Positions 49,389 through 58,971 of a stretch of DNA of 64,000 nucleotides are shown here, piece after piece; positions within the stretch are counted from its first letter, which is position 1, and each line of letters begins with the position of its first letter. The notes below the pieces were generated by a model that had not been told where the DNA came from, did not search any database, and saw only the letters and a list, made by a program, of their open reading frames with translations. Source of the DNA: Verrucomicrobiia bacterium (GTDB lineage Bacteria > Verrucomicrobiota > Verrucomicrobiia > Limisphaerales > UBA1319); contig OY760937.1 of NCBI GenBank assembly GCA_963664225.1, positions 608,001 through 672,000 on the forward strand, written 5' to 3'. The position numbers and the translations under genes were made by a program.

Positions 49389-50048
49389 ATGAGTAAACCG
49401 CGCATTTTGATCGTGGAAGACGATGATCTCCAGTACGAGATTTACGAGGAGGCATTGTCGGATTACGAACTGACTCGCGCCAAGACGGGAACCGAGGCCC
49501 TGGCGCAACTGGCCAAGGGACTCCCACACATCATCGTCCTGGACCATATTCTGTCCGACGGCGAACTGGGCCTGGATTTCCTGCCCGAACTAAAGGAAGC
49601 ACTGCCGTTTGTACCGATAATCATCGTCTCCGGCGCACTTGAAGTGCATGAGCAAATGAGCGCGCTGCAGGGACCACGCCGCGCGCACTACTGCATCACC
49701 AAGCCCGTCGATGTCGAGGAATTGAAGCGCACGCTTGCCGTGGCCCTCAAGGAATGCGGTGAGACCGAGGTGGTCCGCCGTTTCGAGGCGCTCGAGCGCT
49801 CCAAACGGATCGACATCGAGGCGCTCCTGAGCCGTTCCACGGATCGGCTGGCCCGCCAGAACCAAATCTTCGAGCAGGTCAAAGACGCCCCCGGCCGACC
49901 TAATGTATCCGCTTTGGCGCGCCAGTTTCGCGTGGCGCGCCGGACCATTATTCGCGATCTGCAGGAATTAATACGCAGAGGTCAGCTTTCGCCCGAAAAA
50001 TTCCCCAAATGGGAGGAGGAGGCCGAATGCGGGGAAGATATTTCATGA
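49389..50048 (+). CDS. response regulator with a C-terminal HTH
   Basis: ILIVEDD, VLD phospho-acceptor, ITKP; C-terminal SALARQFRVARRTIIRDLQEL HTH. Confidence 0.9.
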   Translation: MSKPRILIVEDDDLQYEIYEEALSDYELTRAKTGTEALAQLAKGLPHIIVLDHILSDGELGLDFLPELKEALPFVPIIIVSGALEVHEQMSALQGPRRAHYCITKPVDVEELKRTLAVALKECGETEVVRRFEALERSKRIDIEALLSRSTDRLARQNQIFEQVKDAPGRPNVSALARQFRVARRTIIRDLQELIRRGQLSPEKFPKWEEEAECGEDIS

Positions 50049-50923
50049 AATTATTATTCATTCACGCGCATTTCGACGATTACGAATTCACCGCTGCAGG
50101 CGCCTTTGAAATCTGGCGTCAAAGTCTGGGCGAAGCCTGCCAGACCAAGGTCGTTGTCTGCACCGATGGCGAAAGCGGACACCAATTCCGCACAAGAGAA
50201 GAAACCGGCCGTTTGCGTCTGAAAGAACAACTGGCCTCCGCAGGTGTCGGCGGTTACGGTTTTGAGCTTCTGCGCCTGCCCAACGGACGCGCCCCAAGGG
50301 AAGCCTGTCTGGAACGCACTCCCAGTCTTCTGCCCGCCCTGTGGAAGACCATCCGCGATTTCGAGCCGGATTACCTCTTTTGTCCGCCGCTGGCTCCCGA
50401 TCCGCTGGCCGGCGTCCACATCGACCATCTCGCCGTTGCGGAAGCCATCCGCAAGGTCGCCTATCTGATCAACGTGCCCCACTGCTTTACCCCGGAATAT
50501 CCAGCCGAGGAAACGCGATCCGAACCGTGCAAAGTGCCCGTCATCATCAACGTTCACGACAGCTACATGGCCCCCGGGGCATTCGACTTTGCCATGGATG
50601 TCGAATCCACGTTTGCCAAAATCGCTGAAATGTCCTACTGCCACAAATCTCAGATTATGGAATGGCTTCCATGGGTCGGCCGCCACTCCATGAATCCCCC
50701 AAAATCCATCGAAGACTGGCGGGAGATTCTGCGTAAACGTTACCTGCGCAAGAACGCCGCGCTGGGAATTCCGAGCGACCACGCATTGGAAGTCTTCACC
50801 GTCACCGCGTGGGGTGAGGTCCCCACCAGCCGTCAATTATTGGCCGACCTGCCACAGATCATGCCCGATCCCAAACGCCTGGCCACCCTGGAAAAGCGCC
50901 TGGAACTCTGGCGCAGCGCCTGA
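50045..50923 (+). CDS. PIG-L/LmbE family deacetylase
   Basis: HAHFDD, TDGESG, HIDH, HKSQ; ATGA overlap with the regulator. Confidence 0.88.
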   Translation: MKLLFIHAHFDDYEFTAAGAFEIWRQSLGEACQTKVVVCTDGESGHQFRTREETGRLRLKEQLASAGVGGYGFELLRLPNGRAPREACLERTPSLLPALWKTIRDFEPDYLFCPPLAPDPLAGVHIDHLAVAEAIRKVAYLINVPHCFTPEYPAEETRSEPCKVPVIINVHDSYMAPGAFDFAMDVESTFAKIAEMSYCHKSQIMEWLPWVGRHSMNPPKSIEDWREILRKRYLRKNAALGIPSDHALEVFTVTAWGEVPTSRQLLADLPQIMPDPKRLATLEKRLELWRSA

Positions 50924-51006
50924 AATGCCACCGTATTCCGCGCGGCGTAGCGCGGATTTTTCTGCTTTTGCAGCGGCTCCATCCGGTGCATAGTTCTAAT
51001 TAAGGC

Positions 51007-52263
51007 ATGGTCCCGTTCGTATTGGCTGTTTTACTGATCGTCGTGTTTGCGCTGGCAAGTTTCTTCTTCGCCGTGGCGGAAACGTCTCTTTTTTCGCTGG
51101 GCAAATGGCAGGTGGGGCGTCTGGCGGAACACGCCGGAGCGCCGGGCGCCAAGGTTGCCAGCCTCCTGGCCAAACCCCAGGAACTGCTGGCCACGATCGT
51201 CCTGGGCAACACTTTTTCCAACGCGGGCATAGTCGTCATGGGTTTGTGGTTCTGCCTCTATGGAGACTGGCCGGTGGGCCTGACTGCGGCGGGGGTGATC
51301 GCCCTGGTGCTTCTGGGCTGCGAGGTGGCCCCAAAAACCCTGGCCGTGCGCATGGCCGACCGCTGGGCGTTGCGGGTGGCCCAACCCATGCAGTGGATCA
51401 TGGCTCTGACCCGGCCCGTGCGCTGGCTTTCGCATTTCCTGAACACCAACCTGCTCAAGGTGACTGTTCCCAGCTCGCTGACTCCCCAGCCTGCTCTAAG
51501 TGACGGGGAATACCAGGAGCTGCTCGAACTGGCTTTCCAACAGGGCACGCTGGCGCGATCCGAGAAGGAAATCATTCTGCAAATCATCAGCCTGGACCAC
51601 CGCATCGCCCGCGAAGTCATGAGGCCGCGTTCGCGAATGGCCTGCATTGCAGATGATCTTAGTGTCGAAGATATGATCGCCGCGGCGCGCCGGCTCAAGC
51701 ACCGCCGTCTGCCCATGTATGACGAGGCCGAGGATACCATTGTCGGCGTCCTGAACACCCGCACCTTATTGCTCGATCCGTATGCGGATCTGGCTGAGGC
51801 CATCGAATTCCCCTCGTTCGTTCCCGAGACGATGAACCTGCTGCAACTGCTCAAAAGCCTCCAGCGCCAGCAGCGCGGTCTGGCCATCGTGCTCGACGAG
51901 TACGGCGGCGTGGCCGGGCTGGTGACCGTGGAGGACATTTTGGAAGAAGTCATCGGCGAAATTCACAGCGAAGGCGAGGAATCTGGATTTGTCATGGAGA
52001 AGCTGGGCGAGAACCGCTGGCGCGTGAGCGGCACGATGCGCCAGGAGGATTTCCAACGCGAGTATCCGCTGCTACAGCCGCTTCCTGACGTGGAAACACT
52101 CGGCGGCGTCATGCTCAAACTCATGGAGTGCGTTCCCGCGAGGGGCGATTCCGTGCTTTTCCAGGGGTTGACGCTGATTGCCGCGGCAACGGATGAACGG
52201 CGTGTGCGTGAAATCATCATTGAAATCTCGCGGCGCAAGAACGGCGGGGGAGGCCCAACGTGA
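51007..52263 (+). CDS. CNNM/DUF21-CBS-CorC (hemolysin-like) protein
   Basis: FFAVAETSLFSL, EVAPKTLA, VMRPR, VLDEYGGVAGLVTVEDILEE. Confidence 0.92.
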   Translation: MVPFVLAVLLIVVFALASFFFAVAETSLFSLGKWQVGRLAEHAGAPGAKVASLLAKPQELLATIVLGNTFSNAGIVVMGLWFCLYGDWPVGLTAAGVIALVLLGCEVAPKTLAVRMADRWALRVAQPMQWIMALTRPVRWLSHFLNTNLLKVTVPSSLTPQPALSDGEYQELLELAFQQGTLARSEKEIILQIISLDHRIAREVMRPRSRMACIADDLSVEDMIAAARRLKHRRLPMYDEAEDTIVGVLNTRTLLLDPYADLAEAIEFPSFVPETMNLLQLLKSLQRQQRGLAIVLDEYGGVAGLVTVEDILEEVIGEIHSEGEESGFVMEKLGENRWRVSGTMRQEDFQREYPLLQPLPDVETLGGVMLKLMECVPARGDSVLFQGLTLIAAATDERRVREIIIEISRRKNGGGGPT

Positions 52264-53249
52264 ACGACTGGCTCCTGCAAATCATCGCGGTCATCGCCTG
52301 CATGACCTTTTCCTTTTTCCTGTCCGGCATGGAAGTGGGTGTGTTTGCGCTGAACCGTTTGCGCATTCGCCAGCGGATGCGCACTGGCGACCGCCAGGCG
52401 CGCGTGCTTCATGGCTTTCTGGAGAATCCCGAGAATTTCCTTTGGACCATCCTTGTGGGCAACACACTGGCCAATTGCTTCAGCGTGTTCATGGTGGCCG
52501 CCGGCCTGCATTATTGGATCGGGGACCAAACGGCGCTGTTCGCAGTCGCTTTTGTGGTCTTCCTTTTTCTGCTGTATGGCTTGGGCGATCTCCTGCCCAA
52601 AATGCTTTTTCAAGCGCTGCCCAACCGGCTTTGTCTCGCGCTGGCGCAACCCTTCAAACTGATCCATTTCGCGCTTTCGCCGCTGGTCGGATTGGTGACC
52701 TGGTTTGCGCGCGGCCTGCTGCGATGGACCGGTGGGAAAACCTTTACCGGTCGGCTCTTTGGCAACCGCGAAGAGCTGCGGCTGATCATGCAGGAAACCG
52801 GCCAGTCATTTTCCTCCGAGGAAAAGGCCATGATCAACCGCGTGCTCGACCTCCAAAACCTGACGGTTCGCGAGGTCACCATTCCTCTGGACAAAGCTGT
52901 AACCGTTCCCATGGATACACCCATGAGCGAGGTTCTGCGTCTATGTCGCGAGCGCCAGCTTACACGGCTGCTTGTTGCCCAAAATATTGGCCAACGCCGC
53001 CGCATACTTGGGCTGGTCAGCCTTAAAACCGCGCTTTACCGGCCGGACCTGGACCTCAACAAAACCGCAGGCGACTATGTCAAACCCGCACTTTACCTGA
53101 ACGAAAACCTGCGCCTCGAAGTGGCGCTTGGGCGCATGCAACGCACGGGCCAGCGCCTGGCCGTGGTTCTGGATCGCGACCGCAAAGAGGCGGGAATCGT
53201 CAGCCTGGAGGACATGCTCCGTTCGCTCTTTGGGGAGGTGAGTCTGTAG
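52260..53249 (+). CDS. CNNM/DUF21-CBS protein lacking the CorC domain
   Basis: FFLSGME, ILVGNT, LPKMLF, GIVSLED; ends right after the CBS pair. Confidence 0.9.
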   Translation: MNDWLLQIIAVIACMTFSFFLSGMEVGVFALNRLRIRQRMRTGDRQARVLHGFLENPENFLWTILVGNTLANCFSVFMVAAGLHYWIGDQTALFAVAFVVFLFLLYGLGDLLPKMLFQALPNRLCLALAQPFKLIHFALSPLVGLVTWFARGLLRWTGGKTFTGRLFGNREELRLIMQETGQSFSSEEKAMINRVLDLQNLTVREVTIPLDKAVTVPMDTPMSEVLRLCRERQLTRLLVAQNIGQRRRILGLVSLKTALYRPDLDLNKTAGDYVKPALYLNENLRLEVALGRMQRTGQRLAVVLDRDRKEAGIVSLEDMLRSLFGEVSL

Positions 53250-53251
53250 CC

Positions 53252-54586
53252 ATGGAAATCGACTCCTTCATTTTGCTGATTGGAAAAGTCCTGCTCATCG
53301 TGGGTCTGGTGATGCTCAACGGTTTTTTCGTCGCCGCCGAGTTCGCCCTGGTAAAAATCCGGGACACCCAGCTCGACCCACTCGTGCTCAAAGGCCATCG
53401 CCGCGCCAAGCTCGCCCGGCGCATTCTCTCGAACCTCGATACTTACATCAGCACGACCCAGTTGGGCATCACCTTGGCCGGACTCGCGTTGGGCGCGCTG
53501 GTGGCCCCGGTCTATGAAGCCCTGCTCAGCCCGCTCTTTCTCTGGCTGGGGCTTGCCGATCCGCACGTTCGCAATGGCGTGGCGCTTGTATTTGGTTTTT
53601 TTGTAAACACCTTTCTGCTGATTGTGATGGGCGAACTGGCCCCCAAGGCGCTGGCCATTCGCAAGACCCTGCCCACGACTCTCTGGGTCGCCCAGCCCCT
53701 GATTCTGTTCAACCACATTTCCTACCCTTTCATCTGGGTGCTAAACCAATCCGCCCAATGGGTGCTCCGCCAGGTGGGCATCAAACCCGTGACGGAGGCC
53801 GAATCGACCCATTCACAGGAGGAATTGCGGCTCATGTACGCCTCTTCACAGCGCCATTCGCATACCTCCCGCATCGAGCGGGAAATCGTCCTGAATGCCA
53901 TGGATCTGCCCCATCGCGTGGTCCGCGAAGTCATGCGCCCGCGCCAGGAAATCGTCAGCCTGAGCACCGAAAACAGCATCGCCGAGTGTCTCGAAATCGC
54001 CGAGAAAACGCGCTACTCGCGCTTTCCACTGTGCGAGGCCGGAGACATCGACCGCACCCTGGGCGTGGTGCATATCAAAGACATTTATGCCATGCGCATG
54101 AAAGCCATCTCCGGGGCGGACCTGACACCGGCGGCGCGCAAAATCATCTATGTCCCCGAATCCGCGCGCCTGGAAAAAGTCCTGCAACTAATGTTGGACC
54201 GCCGCCTGCACATGGCCATCGTGGTCGATGAATACGGCGGCACCGTCGGGTTGTTATCCCTGGAAAACATCATCGAGGAATTGGTGGGCCAGATTCAGGA
54301 TGAATTCGACCAGGAAACCCCGCTCTCTCAAAAGACCGGAGATAACACCTGGCAACTGGATGGCGCATTGCCGCTGCACGGCTTGTCGGACATCCTCGGC
54401 CAACCGCTGGGGCACGAGGATGTCGCCACCGTCAGCGGCCTGGTCACCTTGCGGTGCGGTGGTTTCCCAAAAGTCGGAGACAGCGTTCGCGTTGGCCCCT
54501 GGGAATTAAAGGTTCAGTCCATGGATGGCCTGCGCGTTTCACGCCTAACCCTGACCAAACTTCCAGAGGATACCGCAGAGATTTAG
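53252..54586 (+). CDS. CNNM/DUF21-CBS-CorC (TlyC-like) protein
   Basis: NGFFVAAEFALV, QLGIT, GELAPK, YSRFP, VVDEYGG, IQDEFD. Confidence 0.94.
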   Translation: MEIDSFILLIGKVLLIVGLVMLNGFFVAAEFALVKIRDTQLDPLVLKGHRRAKLARRILSNLDTYISTTQLGITLAGLALGALVAPVYEALLSPLFLWLGLADPHVRNGVALVFGFFVNTFLLIVMGELAPKALAIRKTLPTTLWVAQPLILFNHISYPFIWVLNQSAQWVLRQVGIKPVTEAESTHSQEELRLMYASSQRHSHTSRIEREIVLNAMDLPHRVVREVMRPRQEIVSLSTENSIAECLEIAEKTRYSRFPLCEAGDIDRTLGVVHIKDIYAMRMKAISGADLTPAARKIIYVPESARLEKVLQLMLDRRLHMAIVVDEYGGTVGLLSLENIIEELVGQIQDEFDQETPLSQKTGDNTWQLDGALPLHGLSDILGQPLGHEDVATVSGLVTLRCGGFPKVGDSVRVGPWELKVQSMDGLRVSRLTLTKLPEDTAEI

Positions 54587-54629
54587 CCCGTTTCCTCGGT
54601 CGTCGGACCTTTGACGCACCGTATTCTTC

Positions 54630-54658
54630 TGTAACCTTTTCGCGACTTTTTGCGAATA
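54630..54658 (+). promoter_or_regulatory. candidate ECF sigma promoter
   Basis: TGTAAC-N17-CGAATA, ~90 bp upstream of an operon containing an ECF sigma and its anti-sigma. Confidence 0.55.
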
Positions 54659-54748
54659 CCTGTGTAAATCAGTCAGGAGTGGCAGGGGCCATTCTCAAGA
54701 CCATTGATTGAATAAACCGAAATCTGGAATCTAAAATAAGGCAATATC

Positions 54749-55738
54749 ATGCTTCGCATCGCTCGCACCGCAGTCCTGTTCGTAGCCCTGGCCACACCGG
54801 TCCTGGCAGGCCCCATTCAAAAGGAAAATATTCCTGCAGACGCCAAGTGGCTACTGCATTGGGACTTGGAGAAATATCGCAGCACGGAGGTGGGCCAGTT
54901 TGTTGAACGCGAGATTGTAACAAAACAAATCGCAAAGCCCCGCGCCGATCTCAAGCAGTACTTTAATTTCGATCTTGAGTGGGAAAAATTCACCTCGCTG
55001 ACTGCGTATGGGACCGATTTCGAACCCAAAGACGGCCCCCACGGCGTGCTGATTATTAAAACCGATCTCACCACGGCAAATACCGCCGAAATGGCCTTCA
55101 TTAAGCAAGCCGACTACGCCAAAACCAACGGGGGTCCTGTCGAAGAGGTCAAAGCCGGGCCTTTCGGGACCTACTCCATCCACAAAAACATTTTCGTATC
55201 CGTTCAAAAAGAGGGGCGCATCGTCCTGGGCAAATCGCTCGATCAGGTCAATAAAGCCACCGCCCTCTTTCAGCGCAAAAGCGCGAACGCTGCCGTCTCC
55301 CCCGCTTTGAGCGGAATTCCATCTGGCGACAACGATTTCTTTCTGGTCGGGTTGGCGGAGGGTTTCGGCGACCGCATCCCACTGCCCCCCAACGCCAAAA
55401 TCCTGCAGACCACGGAAGGTCTTCGCGCCATGCTGTGCGAGAAAAACAATAGACTCAGTCTGAACCTGACCCTCAAGGCCAAGTCATCGGATACCTGCAA
55501 ACAAATGCAGCAGATCATTCAAGGCATGATCGCGCTGATCAACCTCAGCCAGCAGGAAAACAAGGACCTGATGCTTCTGGCCCAGTCCGCATCCGTCACC
55601 GCCGATGACCGCCTGGTATCGCTCGGGTTGGATTACCCCGTGAAAGACGCCATCGCCAAACTGGCCGAATTCAACCGGATGAAAAACTCCGAAAAACAAG
55701 CGGAAAAATCCGAGAAAAAGTCCGCCCGCAATAACTGA
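54749..55738 (+). CDS. secreted hypothetical protein (ECF operon)
   Basis: Signal peptide ending VLA; 2 bp from the sigma gene. Confidence 0.85.
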   Translation: MLRIARTAVLFVALATPVLAGPIQKENIPADAKWLLHWDLEKYRSTEVGQFVEREIVTKQIAKPRADLKQYFNFDLEWEKFTSLTAYGTDFEPKDGPHGVLIIKTDLTTANTAEMAFIKQADYAKTNGGPVEEVKAGPFGTYSIHKNIFVSVQKEGRIVLGKSLDQVNKATALFQRKSANAAVSPALSGIPSGDNDFFLVGLAEGFGDRIPLPPNAKILQTTEGLRAMLCEKNNRLSLNLTLKAKSSDTCKQMQQIIQGMIALINLSQQENKDLMLLAQSASVTADDRLVSLGLDYPVKDAIAKLAEFNRMKNSEKQAEKSEKKSARNN

Positions 55739-55740
55739 TC

Positions 55741-56379
55741 GTGAGTCCTGTCCTCCCAATGGACGTTTCCGTAGTGTCCGCCGCCAGGCCTGAGCGTTCC
55801 ATCGCCCCGGGCCTGCGCGCCGTCATCACTGAAACGCCGGACACGCTGGCCCTCCGGGCGCAGGCCGGTTGCGAGGACTCGTTTGGCGAACTGGTCCAAT
55901 TGCTCGGGCCCCGGCTCCACAACTTCCTTTTCCAACTCCTGGGTAACACCCATGACGCCGAGGATGTCACCCAGGAGACCTTTATTCGCGCCTACAAAGG
56001 GCTGCCCAATTTCCAGGCAACCCGCGCCAGTGTCACCACCTGGCTCTATGCCATCGCCCGGAATACCGCCATCACCCATTTGCGCCGCCGCAAATCCAGC
56101 CAGCCGATGGATGATTTTGAATTCTCCACCGACGTCAATCCATCGATCCTTCTGGAAACCAGGGACGAAAACCGTGCGCTCTGGACGCTGGCGCGCTCGT
56201 TGAAACCGCGCGAATTCGAGGTGCTCTGGTTCCGTTATGGCGAAGGCTTTGCGGTTGCCGAAATCGCCCGCGTCATGAGCCTGACTCAAATCCACATCAA
56301 AGTGCTTCTCCACCGCGCGCGCAAACATCTGGCCGAGAAAATCGCCCAGTCTCAAACCATCCACCCGAATTTCCTATGA
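55741..56379 (+). CDS. ECF RNA polymerase sigma-70 factor
   Basis: DAEDVTQETFIRAY, TWLYAIARN, EIARVM...KVLLHRARK. Confidence 0.93.
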   Translation: MSPVLPMDVSVVSAARPERSIAPGLRAVITETPDTLALRAQAGCEDSFGELVQLLGPRLHNFLFQLLGNTHDAEDVTQETFIRAYKGLPNFQATRASVTTWLYAIARNTAITHLRRRKSSQPMDDFEFSTDVNPSILLETRDENRALWTLARSLKPREFEVLWFRYGEGFAVAEIARVMSLTQIHIKVLLHRARKHLAEKIAQSQTIHPNFL

Positions 56380-56945
56380 TCCACTGCTGGCTTTATCAAA
56401 AGGTGGGATTCTGGTTCCGTGAAGACTCCCGGTCGCTCCCCGCGCCGGTGCAAAACCACCTCAAGGCCTGCGCCTCCTGCCGCCAGCACTTCGCGATTCA
56501 CGACGCCCTGATCCATCGCCTTTCGGCAGAAAGCGCCCACGCGTTCCGGCCCGGGCCACCTTTTCTCCAGGAGAAGATCATGGCCTCCATTCGCGCGTGC
56601 AAAAACTCGCGCAATGCCTCGGAGCAGGCCCGCTCCGGCTGGCTGCTTCCCGCTGCCGGTCTCGCCCTGCTGGCGTTGCTTGTGGGCCTGACTCTTGCCA
56701 AATCACCACAGTCGAGTCACAACACGACGATGACTACAACGGTCACCACTCCTGCAGCCAACCAGACCGCGCCATTCCCGGCGAACACTCTGGCGTCCAT
56801 TGTTCTCCCCACAAATTCCGTCGCTCAATGGAGCGCGCTACTCGATGATCCTTTACAGGTGGAAATGGCCAGCGTGATCAAGGATGCCAAAAATGCCGCT
56901 CTGGTTCTGGCCGCAAATTTCCTGCCTCCCAATTATCTCGAATAG
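56376..56945 (+). CDS. zinc-binding anti-sigma factor (ZAS)
   Basis: HLKACASC (HxxxCxxC) plus one TM; ATGA overlap. Confidence 0.88.
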   Translation: MIHCWLYQKVGFWFREDSRSLPAPVQNHLKACASCRQHFAIHDALIHRLSAESAHAFRPGPPFLQEKIMASIRACKNSRNASEQARSGWLLPAAGLALLALLVGLTLAKSPQSSHNTTMTTTVTTPAANQTAPFPANTLASIVLPTNSVAQWSALLDDPLQVEMASVIKDAKNAALVLAANFLPPNYLE

Positions 56946-57003
56946 GCGGATGGCCCTGACGTTGCCGCGCAGGAAACAGGGAGTCGCTGCGGGACCATCG
57001 TAT

Positions 57004-58725
57004 CTATTTCAGGCGCAAAATGTAGAACTGCTGGGTGGTTCCAAACACCATCGCATTGGTTGCGCTGAAGCATCCATTGGATTGAAATTGATTGGTCGCG
57101 ACCGATATCCAGTCCGCACTTTGTAATGCCAGGTTTGTCCCAACCAGTACGCTGTAGCCACCTCCCGGAAAACCATTCGTTCCGGCGACGATCAGGTTCG
57201 TCGAATCCCGCACAACGCTCGTAATGACGGGAGGAGCCATCACCGCTCCGCATCCATAAACCGCAAAACCATGTATTGGGCACGAGGCAAGCATGGCATT
57301 GCTGCTGCCAGAGAAGCCCTCCGCAATGCTGTAGGTGATGTTTGAGAATCCGATGGAACTCCAACGATCTGGAACAATCTTTTTTGCGTCGCTGGGGCAG
57401 AATAACCGCATCGGAGTATCCAGACTTGTGGTGTAGGTCAAAATGTCGGCTGGCACCACTTTGTGGAATTCCTGCCACGCCGCGAATATTTGATGCAGAT
57501 TATTGCTGCAGGAAAGCGCCTTCCAATCATAGCGGCCGGTGATGTTGGTCAATGGCTCGACACGCAAAAATGCCATTGCACTGGTCGCAGTGATACCGGA
57601 CGAATGACTCACAACAACGCTGAAATAGCCCTCATTCGTGCTTTGGCAATTGGTCAAAACAAGGCTGGCATTGGTCGCGCCAAGAAAGGACAGCGCGTTA
57701 GTGAAAGGCCCTCCAGTTGCGTCGAATGGCGACTCCTTGCGCCACTGAAATGAAAGTGCCGCATCAGGATAATCAGAGGCAACCTGAAGCGTGATCCCGG
57801 CTCCCGGGTTGACGGTCTGACTTATGGGACTGCTTCGGATCAGCGCCGGAGTCTCCCAGACGGTTGAATCCACCACCGTGCTCAGGTCCGCATTGACGTG
57901 CGCACCATGGTGCAGGCAACGGATAAAGACCGCATTCGGATCGCTGTATTTGGTTATGGGCTCCATCAGGTAATCACCCCCTGCAAGGCCAGACGCGGGA
58001 CAGATCAACCAGTCGGGCCTGTCGGCCAGTCCATAGGCGAGCAAGTCCTGAAAGGATTGTGCCGGCGCATCCGCATTATCCATGGCAAATCCAGACGCGC
58101 AAATTGCAAGCTGGCGCAAATTCGCCAGGCATTGGACCACCTGGCGGGCTTTGGATGGATAGTCTGCAACGCTGTACGACGTAAAAAGCTCGGCATCATG
58201 GGCTGCCGGAAACAGTGCGTAAGGGTGCTTCACGATGACCCGCCCATCACAGAGCAAACGGTTGTCGTCATACAGGCAGGTCGTATTGGTGCAATTGGGA
58301 TGGCTGCCATCAAATTCAGGCGCGGTGTAACTGGCTTGCGCAAAATCGAACTGATCCCAGTTGGTGCCTGAAGGCTGGTAGGGGGACAATGGGCAAATGA
58401 GGAAAGAAGGACTGCCGATATAAAGCCGCATCGTTGCCCAGGCCTTCGGGAACTGGGCATTATAATCGATGGCATAAAGACTTTCGGCTTTGTAAAGCTG
58501 ACTCAGATTGTTTGAGCAATGGTCTATCAATGTTCTTTTGGCAAGTGCAGAGGATTGGGTTCCCGCACCCCGGAACACCGCAATTGAATCCGTTGTTTGC
58601 CATTGTTGACCAAAAGTTGTATGGCAGAACACCAATAAGCCGAACAGCAATACTGGATGGCGAAATGAGATGGCCAATTTAATGAAACGGGAGGCAAACG
58701 GTGACTTTCTACATTTGTTTTGCAT
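57004..58725 (-). CDS. secreted Ig-domain protein with three pilin-like CxNNLxQ modules
   Basis: Signal peptide; Ig motif (PISQTVNPG...FQWRK...GATNASL...EGYFSVVVS); repeated CxxNLxQ[LI]...CP. Confidence 0.8.
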   Translation of the reverse strand: MQNKCRKSPFASRFIKLAISFRHPVLLFGLLVFCHTTFGQQWQTTDSIAVFRGAGTQSSALAKRTLIDHCSNNLSQLYKAESLYAIDYNAQFPKAWATMRLYIGSPSFLICPLSPYQPSGTNWDQFDFAQASYTAPEFDGSHPNCTNTTCLYDDNRLLCDGRVIVKHPYALFPAAHDAELFTSYSVADYPSKARQVVQCLANLRQLAICASGFAMDNADAPAQSFQDLLAYGLADRPDWLICPASGLAGGDYLMEPITKYSDPNAVFIRCLHHGAHVNADLSTVVDSTVWETPALIRSSPISQTVNPGAGITLQVASDYPDAALSFQWRKESPFDATGGPFTNALSFLGATNASLVLTNCQSTNEGYFSVVVSHSSGITATSAMAFLRVEPLTNITGRYDWKALSCSNNLHQIFAAWQEFHKVVPADILTYTTSLDTPMRLFCPSDAKKIVPDRWSSIGFSNITYSIAEGFSGSSNAMLASCPIHGFAVYGCGAVMAPPVITSVVRDSTNLIVAGTNGFPGGGYSVLVGTNLALQSADWISVATNQFQSNGCFSATNAMVFGTTQQFYILRLK

Positions 58726-58971
58726 ATGGATATTTGCAAACAGTTACACCTTGTTTTCTGAGCAGCAGGACACGGCGAACCTACTCTCTCCTATTTACAC
58801 TGGCAATACGTTATTCCAGCAGCGTTATTCCAGCAGTGTCAGCGATTGACATCCGGCTCGTTTTGATCGAGAGTTTTTTGAGGCTAAGTTGCCACCGTAC
58901 GATCCCGCTTCATTGGAGCCGCAGACCGGGCGATTCCATCTTGACCAGAAAGAATATTTTACGGCGAAGCT

